From Glycera tridactyla (lineage: Eukaryota): 64,000 nucleotides of DNA. Shown piece by piece: positions 28,782 to 39,335 of this stretch. Below the pieces are notes generated by a model. That model ran no database searches and was not told where the DNA came from. It saw nothing but the letters and a program-made list of their open reading frames with translations. Both the position numbers and the translations under genes were made by a program. Location: contig OZ286468.1 of the NCBI GenBank assembly GCA_965644265.1, forward strand, positions 76,074,001 through 76,138,000. Reading direction: 5' to 3'. Each line of letters starts with the position of its first letter. Position 1 is the first letter of the stretch.

Positions 28782-28873
28782 TATAAGGGCGTCAAACTTC
28801 CAGTGGCGGATTGTGGTGGTACTAGACGCAGTAAAGACACGGCTGCTATCGATTATGAGCTGGAAAATGGCGG
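28782..28873 (+). promoter_or_regulatory. Candidate core promoter for the first Polinton ORF
   Basis: TATAAGGGC at 28782 and a YY1-like AAAATGGCGG at 28864-28873, upstream of ORF 29136. Motif match only. Confidence 0.25.
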
Positions 28874-29135
28874 AATCAGAGATGATAAGTCTTGTATGTA
28901 GGCTGCAGGGAGTTGGCGGTATGTGGAGGTAAGTGGAATGTGTATGTGTGGGGTGGGGGGGCTGCTGTAGAAGCGGCTGATTCTTTGTATTAGCATGGTA
29001 GTAGTTATATTTCTGAGGGAGGGGAGTGTAAGTATTCTAACAAGGATAGATGTAGGCGGAATATTTGCTGTGAATGCCACTTAATCTGAGTGAAAGAATC
29101 CATAGAATTCTTTGTAAAAATGATCTGACGACTGA

Positions 29136-30074
29136 GTGGCACTCAGTTTGCCGCCAGCTGCAGATATGTCAGGCCAACCGCCAAATAGGGCTCTCTCGGA
29201 TCTTTCTCACCTTGAAAATGTTGTTGACCAAGAGGAAGTTGATAGTGATAGTGAACCACAGCCGCAGGATTCTGATTACTTTTTTGAACACGCTCAGAGG
29301 TTCATGACCGATGATGAAGATGAAGATGAGCCACCAGTAGTAAAGAGGGCTAGGAAGGTGGGAGATCCTGCTGATGCACAGGCAGGTTCATCTACCGAAG
29401 ATGAGAGACGAGTTACTCCTCGTCCATCAACGTCAGGATGTAGAGAGGAAGTTTGTGTGATATCTTCGGACAGTGAGGAGGATCAGTCAGCAGTAGGCGG
29501 TAGGCAATTATTTATGTCTTCACTTCGTAGGGAGAACCAGATTGTTGATCTCCCGAAAGAGAATGAGACAGAGCGTGTGTGGATGAATAGGTATTCTGCG
29601 AGATCTATTTTAGATTCCATGGGTGCCCAGTTGAGGAGAGAGGTGTCGTTGGTAGCGTACACTAAATTGGTAGAAATCATGATGAGCTTGATAGAGGCTC
29701 AGGATGATGAGTTCGTCTTGATATCAGAGTTCATGAATAATTTTGATATAAGTCTTATGAAGTTTTTGACAAATGCAGGATTTTGTGAGATTGGTTATTA
29801 TCAATCTGGATTTGTTGATGCGGCTACATGCTATGTCGACATATGGATTGATTACTGTACTAGAGTTGTTTCTGATCATAATCGGTTCATGCTGCTAGAA
29901 GATATTGAGGCGAACGTGGGTGCGGTGTTGACTAGAATTAACAGCAGGCTACAGAGTGGGGAGGGGATTCCCAAACTGAAACGGAAGGTGTTGAGAGAGG
30001 CTAAATTGAGATATAGGATGGTAGATGATGATGGTGTAGTTGTAGGCAAAGACGGGACGGAGAATTTCTCTTAA
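29136..30074 (+). CDS. Polinton left-arm protein of unknown function (312 aa; may be the first exon of the spliced pPolB gene)
   Basis: Open 312-codon frame with an acidic N-terminus, basic cluster PVVKRARK, and SIM-like VCVISSDSEED. Confidence 0.7.
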   Translation: MALSLPPAADMSGQPPNRALSDLSHLENVVDQEEVDSDSEPQPQDSDYFFEHAQRFMTDDEDEDEPPVVKRARKVGDPADAQAGSSTEDERRVTPRPSTSGCREEVCVISSDSEEDQSAVGGRQLFMSSLRRENQIVDLPKENETERVWMNRYSARSILDSMGAQLRREVSLVAYTKLVEIMMSLIEAQDDEFVLISEFMNNFDISLMKFLTNAGFCEIGYYQSGFVDAATCYVDIWIDYCTRVVSDHNRFMLLEDIEANVGAVLTRINSRLQSGEGIPKLKRKVLREAKLRYRMVDDDGVVVGKDGTENFS

Positions 30075-30140
30075 GTTTGTTGATTGATGTGCACTGTTTA
30101 TAGTATACATATATATACACACACGGCGTTATGCTTGTAG

Positions 30141-33100
30141 ATGCGGCTATAGTTAGACCCGTCCATGGAAATGGGACAGCCTCCTGCGCAGGTCCGTTAG
30201 CTGGAGTGCCTGAGCCGTTGGTTGAAGCGGCGGATCCGGTTCCACCAATGTGAGTGATTTGAATGTGTGGGGTTTCTGGGGAGAGTGATAGGTATATTAA
30301 CTGATGTTATATCAGTCGGGATGCTGCGATTTCCGTACTGATGTTGCATGAGTTATGGTGAGTGAGAGCTACAGAAAGGGGGGGGGGGTCATCTGTTTTA
30401 GCCTGATATGAACGTCACGCATATCCCCCTCGGTAATATCAACGGAAATGTTAGATTCGTGTATTGTATGCAGACATGTGGCTAATCAGAACTCAAGATT
30501 ATTACAAGATTACTTGATAGCGGAACATAGCATGAAGTTTACACAGTAGATTGACGGATAGCATAGTATCAGGTTGCTATGTCGGTGAATATTGATGGCT
30601 GGCAATCTGTAGGTGATGTATCGTATGTAGATATGTGACGAGGTAGAATACGAGATTGGCTGAGTGTAGATTAACGCATATAGATTACGCAGAAGGTTGA
30701 TGGGTAGCACAGATAATCGTGTGATCAATGTATAATTCAATTCATGTAGGTTTAGCGTTAGACAGATCATGAATATTGAGTTTGGCAGGTTGTTAAACTG
30801 AAACATGCAATATATATATAAAAATATATATTGCAGAGAATGGTGGAAAGAGAGCCTTGTAGAGGGGATGTACCAACTACATCCGCAGCAACGGCGTGCA
30901 TTTATGGCCAGAAGGAGGATTAGCAGATTCCTAACCTTTGAGGCGATTAACACGTTCATGGAGTCAGATTCTGATCTGATATCGGACAAAAGAATTCAAC
31001 GGAGGTTGATCGATCATTACAACCGACAGGTTGACCAGATGGCTGACGACGATGTGCCGGAAGTTCCGGAAGATGACATTACACATCGTGCTCTTCAGAG
31101 AATCCGCAATTGTGACGGAAGTGATGAACTTGTCGAGATGGCAACTTCATTGGATTCGCAACGATTATTATCGTTCTATTACGCCTTATTTGGAGAGTAT
31201 CCGTCTCCTGCGGCGAGAGTGAAGTCGTCTTTGCCGATAAGCGGTCATATCAAGGTATGTACATTATAATATTGCGTGTGATAGAGAGAGAGATCCGTGA
31301 ATGGCGATAGATCAACAAATAACACTGATGTTGTGCTATATCGAGCAGCACACAGTGGGGGAGGTGATCAACATCAGGAGAATACGCAGTATTCTTACGG
31401 GTATGGCACGTGTGATCGAAGATGATAGAAGGAGATGTAAGGATGTCGGGGGGGGGGGGGGGGGGGGTATTAGCTGTCTCATGGCATGTACTAAATTAGT
31501 GGAGTTATATGGGACATATCTGTATGTAGATCGGATAACGTAGTGTAATCTTGTTCCAGTAGTGGAAAGATGTGGGACATGACTGTATGCATCTGGTATA
31601 GTGTAATATCGAAATGACAATGTAAATGTGGATAAAGTAGAGCATTTTGTTTTATGTGTTGCAGAGTGAACAGACTGGATTTGGCAGGCGTGGTGGGAGG
31701 AGGGCTCGAGTTCGGAGAGGGGGAATTTCTGCTCGGCGTGGACGCCCAAGTCGTCCTTCTCGATCAACTCCGACGGCCACCGCCGTGTTTGATGATCGTC
31801 GTCGTTCTCCATCACCGTCAGTGTTATCAGCTGCAGCGCCAGGTGCTCGTCGTCCATCATCGACGCAACAGCCGTCAGGAAGTCCTCAGCCGAGCACCAG
31901 CAGACAGCAAGCAGACATGGTTCAAGATCAGCAGCCGTCAGGAAGTCCTCAGCCGAGCACTAGCAAGGAGCAAGCAGATCTGTTTCAAGATGGTGAGATA
32001 TTAGACACTACTCCCGATTTCCCTCCGCAGCTTGATTCCGATGGTCGGGATTTGACGCTGCCGTCGGTTAGCAGGGACGACTCAGAATTCACCATTCGTA
32101 GAGTAAATGTCAGAAACTTTCTGAACAACAGAGGAATGAGCGTTGATTTTGAAGTCTTCTTGAGTCCAAGGTTTTTGTCAGACGCTCCCTTGCTAACGGA
32201 TATGTCGCCACAATGATCAGGTTGTTCACATTATTTTATCGGCTATTAGGGAGGAGGCGAGACCGGATTCCCTCCTTAGAGTAGCCATTCATCAGGCAGA
32301 GCTAAACTCTCCAATCATCGTTCCCCTCCAGCATCTGGGACAGGTCACGCCGCAATCTATTATTGACACGATTGAGGCTGTATCTCAATCGAGAAGATCA
32401 CTTAGAGCCGACGAGTCGCTACGGATCCAAGTACAGGTTATTAACCGTATACAGGGGGGTGTACGATTCCCATTAGTACATTTGAAGGGAGTCAATAATG
32501 ACAGAGTCAGGAAACGGAGTATGGTTGTTATTTACAATGACAACCGCCTGTGCTTGATGAGAGCTATTCTTGTCTCATGGGCGTTTCACGCTAAAGTGGG
32601 TAACACAGAATGGCAGGCTCTATATGGTCAAGTCAAAGGAAAGCGTAGGATAGATATAGCGATAGAGAATAGGTGCTTTTCTAACTCATTATATACAGAT
32701 TTAACAAAATCGGGTCGAAATGAGCAGACTGCGGGTTGCAAAATTATCATGGAAATGTGCAAGTTTGGACATGGGTACAAAGTTGAGATTGAAGATGTTG
32801 ATAGGATAGAGCGAGTGCTAGGGATAGCAGTTTTTGTGATATCGACCACTGAGTATGATTCTATGTTACGTGTCCCATCAGATGCCACATGTGCAGCTGC
32901 GAAAACGAAAGTACATGTGTTTCACATGCAGACAGGTCCCAAATCTTTTCATTATGATGCGGTAACAAATCCGCAGGGCCTGTTTGGTGATGGATATTTC
33001 TGCGATGTGTGTAACACATCATGTCAGAGGGAGTCTGCTCATCATTGCAGTAGGTCGTGCTCAGTGTGTTCGAGCACGAGATGCTACCGCGAGAGGCATT

Positions 33101-35821
33101 GACTCTGAGTCAGCGATAGTATGCAAAGACTGCAATAAGCTTTGTTATTGTTCATATTGCTATGAGGAACACAAGCGTCTTCGTGGTAAGAAGAAGTCGT
33201 ATTCTATGTGTTCCAGGTCGTGGTTGTGTCCGCTCTGTAGCAGGACAGTTAACACAAAAACGAGGTCCAAGACCGATCACAAGTGTGGTGAGCACTTTTG
33301 CAGGAGGTGTTCCAGACACGTAGTTGGACGTCATCAGTGTTATATAAGACCTATTAAATCTAAAAGAAAGGGTGTTGTGAGCAAGAACGATATTTCGATG
33401 TATATTGCTTTCGACATCGAAACATGTCAAGATGACCTGTTCCAATGCTGTGAGGGTTACACTCCGCCTGAAAGATGTCAACTATGTCGTGAGCATTAGC
33501 TGCCGTGTGGAAAGTGTTTGAAATGTATGAAGTGCGGAAGTGCGAAGTGTGGAAGCTATGTGCACCAGGCGAATTTAGTTGTTGCTGAAAAATGGTGCAA
33601 GTATTGTCAGTCGATTACATTCTCGGATTCCGAATTCTGCACTCATTGTGGTGACAGGTGTGCCAAGTGCAGGGTTAGGAAGAGGAGTGGTAGTGGACTG
33701 CACGATTACAGGTCGCCATTTTGCAGTAACGGCAAGTGTGGAAGGAGGAGACTTTTTTTTTGGAATGTCTTGCTTGGGTGAATTTTGCGAGTGGATGTGT
33801 GCGGTAGCTCATTCTTATGCTACCGTTGTCAGTCACAACGGTAGCAGATTCGATCAGTATTTTGTGTTACATCAGCTACTGCAGTCACAGGTGAAGTTAC
33901 ATAAAGTAGTAGTAAACGGCGGCCAGCTACTTTTTGTGAAAGTTGGTCATCAGATACGAATCGTGGGGAATTTTTATCTGTTCCTTTGGCGAAATTACCG
34001 TCAATGTTCGAATTAACGTCGGAAATTGATGGTGAATTGTCCAAGGGGTATTTTCCTCATCTGTTCAACACGGTTGCCCGCTCTCAGGAGGGATATGAAG
34101 GGGAGTATCCATCGGAGGAAAGCTACAGTGTGGAATCTATGAAGCCGGGTCAGGTTGACATATTCCGGCAGTGGCTCGCGGACAAGCGTCAGAGCGGCCA
34201 TCTGTTCAACCTGAAGCGGGAGTTGGTTGCATACTGCACCAACGACACGACGATATTGCGTAAAGCTGTGATATCGTTTGACAAAGTGATATATGATTTG
34301 GCTGGTTTGCACCCCTTCCGAGAGTGCTTCATGATAGCCTCATTGGCCATGAAAATTTTCAGGAAAATATATATCACTGAGATGTTAACATGTACTGTTC
34401 GAGATAGGGATACTTCATCTGTCACCGAAGTTGGGGCGGTCAGACGAGATGGCATGTTGAAAATTGACAAAGGAAACGAGATGGTTCCAATTGCTGTTTT
34501 TCCAAATTTGGAGGTTGTGAAAGAGAAATTTGAACGAAGTTTTCTTGGAATAACTCCCCATTGTGGCTATCGAACCCAGGCAAAATTATTCAGTCGAAAG
34601 GCCTGCGCTTGGATGGAGTATGTCTCCCAGAAAGATGATATTTATATACTGCATGCCGGAAATAAGCAAGAGGTTTCCATCAGACGTTTTGACGGCAAGC
34701 TGTTCCATGTTGATGGATACTTTCCTGGGGCGGGTAACCCTGAACCGGACGTGAATGAGAGTGTGAGTGACGTTCCTGCAACTGCAGTCGTTTATAATTT
34801 TTTTGGCTGCTTGTGGCACGCTTGTGAGGAGTGTTATCCATCTGGTCGTGGCGACGTTCGATGCAAGAAGACAGGAAAAACGTTTAATGAGATGTATGCT
34901 TCTTCTCAGATCTATTTGAATGAATTGGCGACAGTCTGCTTGAATGTTGTAACTATTTGGGAGCATGAGTTTGATGATCTGATTGAGAACGATGAAGAAG
35001 CTGGTCGAATATATCGAACACTGGAAATCGATGAACCTCTAGATCCTCGCGATGCTTTTATGGGTGGCCGCGTGGAGAGTGTGAGATTACTGTGGTCGAA
35101 AGAAAAGGCTATCGATGGGGAGAGGGTGTCGTATTCTGACTTTTGTAGTTTGTATCCATTTGTGCAAAAGACTAAACCATTCCCCTGTTTTCATCCGGAA
35201 ATTAGGACCAGAAATTTTGGAAGCATAAGTAGTGTTGTGATAGCTGCGTTCGTGACTGGGTATGGGAGACACGAATTGCTGCAGGAGATGGAGCAGATTG
35301 GTGAGTCGCTCCTGTATACAGACACAGATAGTTTGATGTATGCATCGACCGACGGACAGTACGCTCCATCTCATGGGTGCTTTTTGGGTGACTTGACGCC
35401 GGAGATTCCTGAGGGCACTTCAATTGAAGAGTTTGTATGCACAGGCTCAAAAAGCTATGCTTACAAGCTATCCAATAAGGAGACTGTTCTCAAGTACAAA
35501 GGGTTCTCTGTGAGTCATGCTGCAGACAAGATACTGAATTTCGACTCTATGAAGCGGATGACTGAGTCGTATTTGGCAGGTGAACGCGGTCCCGACGGTG
35601 TTGTGGAGGTACCTCAAAGACAGATAAGGAGGGACAAAAAATCATTATCGATTATGACAGATAGAAATTTTAGTAAGAAATATCAGTTCACGGTAGATAA
35701 AAGAGTGGTGCTGCCAGATGGCTCGACTATCCCGTTCGGGTATAGAGGCAAGGATCTCGGTAAGATCAGGATAAGGGAGCAGGGGTGTGAAGATGAAATG
35801 GTAGACAAGGGTTCAAATTAA
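30141..35821 (+). pseudogene. polB: Protein-primed family B DNA polymerase with long spliced N-terminal extension; disrupted
   Basis: Present: N-terminal Polinton motif (NDNRLCLMRAI), Cys/His zinc clusters, ExoI FDIET, ExoII HNGSRFD, KGYFPHLFN, ExoIII YCTNDT, Vsr-like insertion (VDGY...GCLWHAC...IWEHEF), FMGGRVE, motif A DFCSLYP and motif C YTDTDS. Lesions: frameshifts at ~32210, ~33100, ~33760 and ~33990, stop at 33497-33499, and motif B region missing. Confidence 0.93.
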
Positions 35822-36589
35822 GTTGCTCTCTATCTTTCTACGCTCTCCGCAGCAATCAAGTATCTGTTTGTTGGGGTCCCACGCAATCTATTTCAGTCGA
35901 GCGATCCACACACCTCTATCTGTAACACATTTATATACACACACGCACTCAGACATCATGTGGGGTGAGATGTGCTACCTATCTCCGTGGTGCTATTGCT
36001 TTGCAACTTTATCCTCTTTCATCATAAGCTGCCCACAAGACATGCCGCCTTATAGGAATGCGGAGACGTTATCTGCTGACATAGTTTATGTTGGTGGAAT
36101 TGCTATCAACTATGACACAACTACGAGTGAGTATGAGGGAGGGCGTATGTACACGTTTGTTTGTTATATCCACCTGCTTCTGGAATGCACTCCAACTCAT
36201 AAATGTTCGCTGGGGTGTCTCTACAGTTGAGCTCAGTGGGCTGGTCGCGGGAGGGCGTTTGTAATATTATATTTATCAACGTGATAGAGCCAGAGAGATG
36301 GTGACCCAACCCCCCTCCCCCCTATTCGTGGTTGGTTAACATTGTGTGTGTGTGTGTGTGTTTGACGTAGCTTGGTATAGCGCGCGCCGCCACGATATCG
36401 AATGAGCAGATGTTGTCAATTAGTACTGTACATCGTTCAAGTCCCCCCTTCCATGAAACAGTCAATATATATTTTGTGTCCGAGGTCGTTGCTGATCAAC
36501 AGTTTGACAGTTGTAGGCACAAATGTGGAGCGGCACGCCTGGATGATACCCCAAGTGGTGCGCTCAGTTGTTTGATTCCGGATGTATGT

Positions 36590-36995
36590 TCACCACCACC
36601 ACCTGCACCACCACCACAATCTGCACCACCACCTGCACCACCACCACACACCATCACCTGCACCATCACCACAATCTGCCCCACCGCCACACACCATCAC
36701 CTGCACCACCACCATCAGCTGCACCACTACTGCCACCTGTACCACCACCACAATCTGTACCACACATCATCACCTGCACCACCACCACCACCCGCACCAC
36801 CACCACAACCCGCACCACCACCACAATCTGCACCATCACCACACACCATCACCTGCACCACCACCACACACCATCACCTGCACCACCACCACACACCATC
36901 ACCTACACCACCATCACCTGCACCACTACCACCTGCACCACCACCACACGCCATCACCACCACCACATACCATCACCTGCGCCACCACCAACTTG
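36590..36995. repeat. (CAC)-rich low-complexity tract built from CACCACCAC(A/C)/CACCTGCAC units
   Basis: Seen directly; it generates the His/Thr/Pro-rich ORFs in all three + frames. Confidence 0.92.
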
Positions 36996-37974
36996 CGATT
37001 CTCGCGCAGTATGAGACATCCTATCCATTCTTATGGCGGATTTGCTCATTTGTTAGTACGTCTATCCGTCTTTTCACAGATTTAACCTGCTCCCACGTCT
37101 CACTGTAGCAACACCTCGATTTTGCAGTGATCGTAGTTTTTTGTTTGTTTGTGTAATTGACTCCGCATGAGAATAATCTCTGTGTTATGTGTTGCCGCGG
37201 TTCGAACCGGCAGCAGGCTCGAGAGAACAATGAGGTGTCGGGCGGTTATGCGCAATGAAAGCGCCCATTCAGATTTACCAATTACCGAATCTTTTGTCAC
37301 TTCACAACGGGCAGCTGGATTTGTTATGTCGCGCATTCCGTTGCACCGCAGTGGGAGGGAACGAGTCTCATACATTCGATGAATTACGCATGTTTGTGAT
37401 TTTAGATCGGGCGAACAATGGAAGGCTCGGATAAACGTACGCGAAGCTTGATCTCGGTCATTGTATTCTCGAGTTGGACACCTGGATCTCATATGTCGCG
37501 ACATTCCACTTTCGCCGTTTCTTCCATACATACATTCATCCAGGCTCGCGTCGGCAAACACCCACCCTACTCCGTTGTTTATTACGGATATTGCGCAATT
37601 CCCACCCAGATACACCCATGTCCGTTTGTATGTCTGTCCATCCAGCTGGGTAACGGTCGGCCTGTTTGTGTGTCCGAGTGAGTTGATACTGGAACGTATG
37701 TCCATCTGCACTCGTGCCTGACCGAACATTTACGCCCGTTTGTATGTCAGCTTGTCCGACCAAACTTCGTTATATCGCTTTGTACTTCCGACCGGATCAT
37801 CCGCTCCCCATTATTGATTTGTGTGCTATATTGAGTGGTCGCGCTAGTAATATTAATAGAAGGTTCCAGTAACGGTGATGCCACAATGCCTCAGTCCGAT
37901 CACCACGGCTCGACACAAATACCAGGATTCGCAGGGAATGCCGAGCCGGGGGTCCAATATTGTCGGGTGCGGGA

Positions 37975-38385
37975 TATATATATATCGAGACGCTGTCTTC
38001 ATGCGGAAAGATTGCCCGTGCGCAAGGATGTGGGCTTCAGCCTAGATATACAACGATGGTCTGAGCGTAGGTTACGCCTATGCGATTGTATGCAGGATAT
38101 ATTGAGACCCTCTCACGATGCCTCTGTTGGGTGTGGGATATAATGAGACGCCGTCTCACTTCCGGGTAGATTGTCAGATGTGGGATATATCGAGACGCTA
38201 TCTCGTGTGTAAAGCTTGCTCGTATGCAGGGATGTGAGCTTCAGCCTCAATGTACTTTGATGGCGTGAGCACAGGTTATATCTATGCAATTGTATGTAGG
38301 ATATACTGAGACGCTCTCACGATGCCTCTGTAGGGTGCGAGATAAAATGAGATGTCGTTTCACTTTCAGCTAGATCTCTGTGCTC
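37975..38385. repeat. Diverged ~207-bp tandem duplication
   Basis: ATATATCGAGACGCT...GGATGTG(G/A)GCTTCAGCCT...TCTCACGATGCCTCTGT occurs twice in succession. Confidence 0.8.
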
Positions 38386-38824
38386 GATATACATATATAT
38401 ATATAACGCTAGAGTGATACGTAGAACATGGGAATGTGCACTTATGTAAGTTTCAGGGTATATCGAGATGCTGTTATGGCGTCTTGTCAAGCTCGAGATA
38501 TATTCAGCGGATAATAGTTCAACCTATCATGTGTTCACCAATTGCGATGTATTATCAATCTGTTCACTGCCATTGATTTGCAAGATGACACGTAGAATTT
38601 TGTTGCATGTGGAGTAATCGATATCTGTCTGCTGCAGTTAAGTAATAAATCTATCACTGTAACCAATAACCAACTCATTGTGTTTTATTGTTCATTAACA
38701 CGCATACTGACTCATCATATACATCCTACTCACACAGTATTTACATCCGGCGAGGTCCCGTGTATATATATATGATCATAGACATATCATCAATGAATTG
38801 TCACACATTCCAACATACGGAGTA

Positions 38825-39110
38825 TTACACGCATGGGGGGGCCACGTCACACTCACACACATAAATGTTATAACTTGTGCCCCCCCCCATTCGTTCGGAT
38901 GTTACTGTCACGAACCACAAACACAACACTGAGATTCTCTCTTACGAGATATTCATTGGCCCACTCATCACGTCCTCTATTACATGCATGGGGGGGGACC
39001 CGGATGTCTCTCTCACACTGATGCTACAACTTGTGCCCCCCCCCCCCCCATTCATTCGGATGCTACTGTCACGCACCACAATCACAACAAGAGGATTCTC
39101 TCTTGCCGTA
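38825..39110. repeat. ~155-bp tandem duplication with poly-G/poly-C runs; related unit at ~57880-57945
   Basis: GCATGGGGGGG...ACTTGTGC(C)nATTC.TTCGGATG.TACTGTCACG.ACCACAA occurs twice. (C)n...CGGACGTTACTCTCACGCACCACAAACAC lies just right of the Gypsy. Confidence 0.8.
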
Positions 39111-39335
39111 CATCGTCGTCGCGACGTGAGGTAGCCATTGTCCCACCACACCCGCTAGCGGAGCCCCCCCCCCCCGTCCGATCCATCAATCGCACAAGGT
39201 GGTCATTATCACATCGCACGGCGGATGGAGCATCCAATCATATAACCCACTCACGGATTCGATCGGCAATTCGTTTTATAGAACTCGTCGTCTAATCACA
39301 TGTACATCGATCATTCTTTTAAATTGTATTTCTTG

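Noticed and set aside
36410-37108. His/Pro/Thr-rich ORFs
   Set aside because: Open in all three frames only because the CAC repeat lacks stops.
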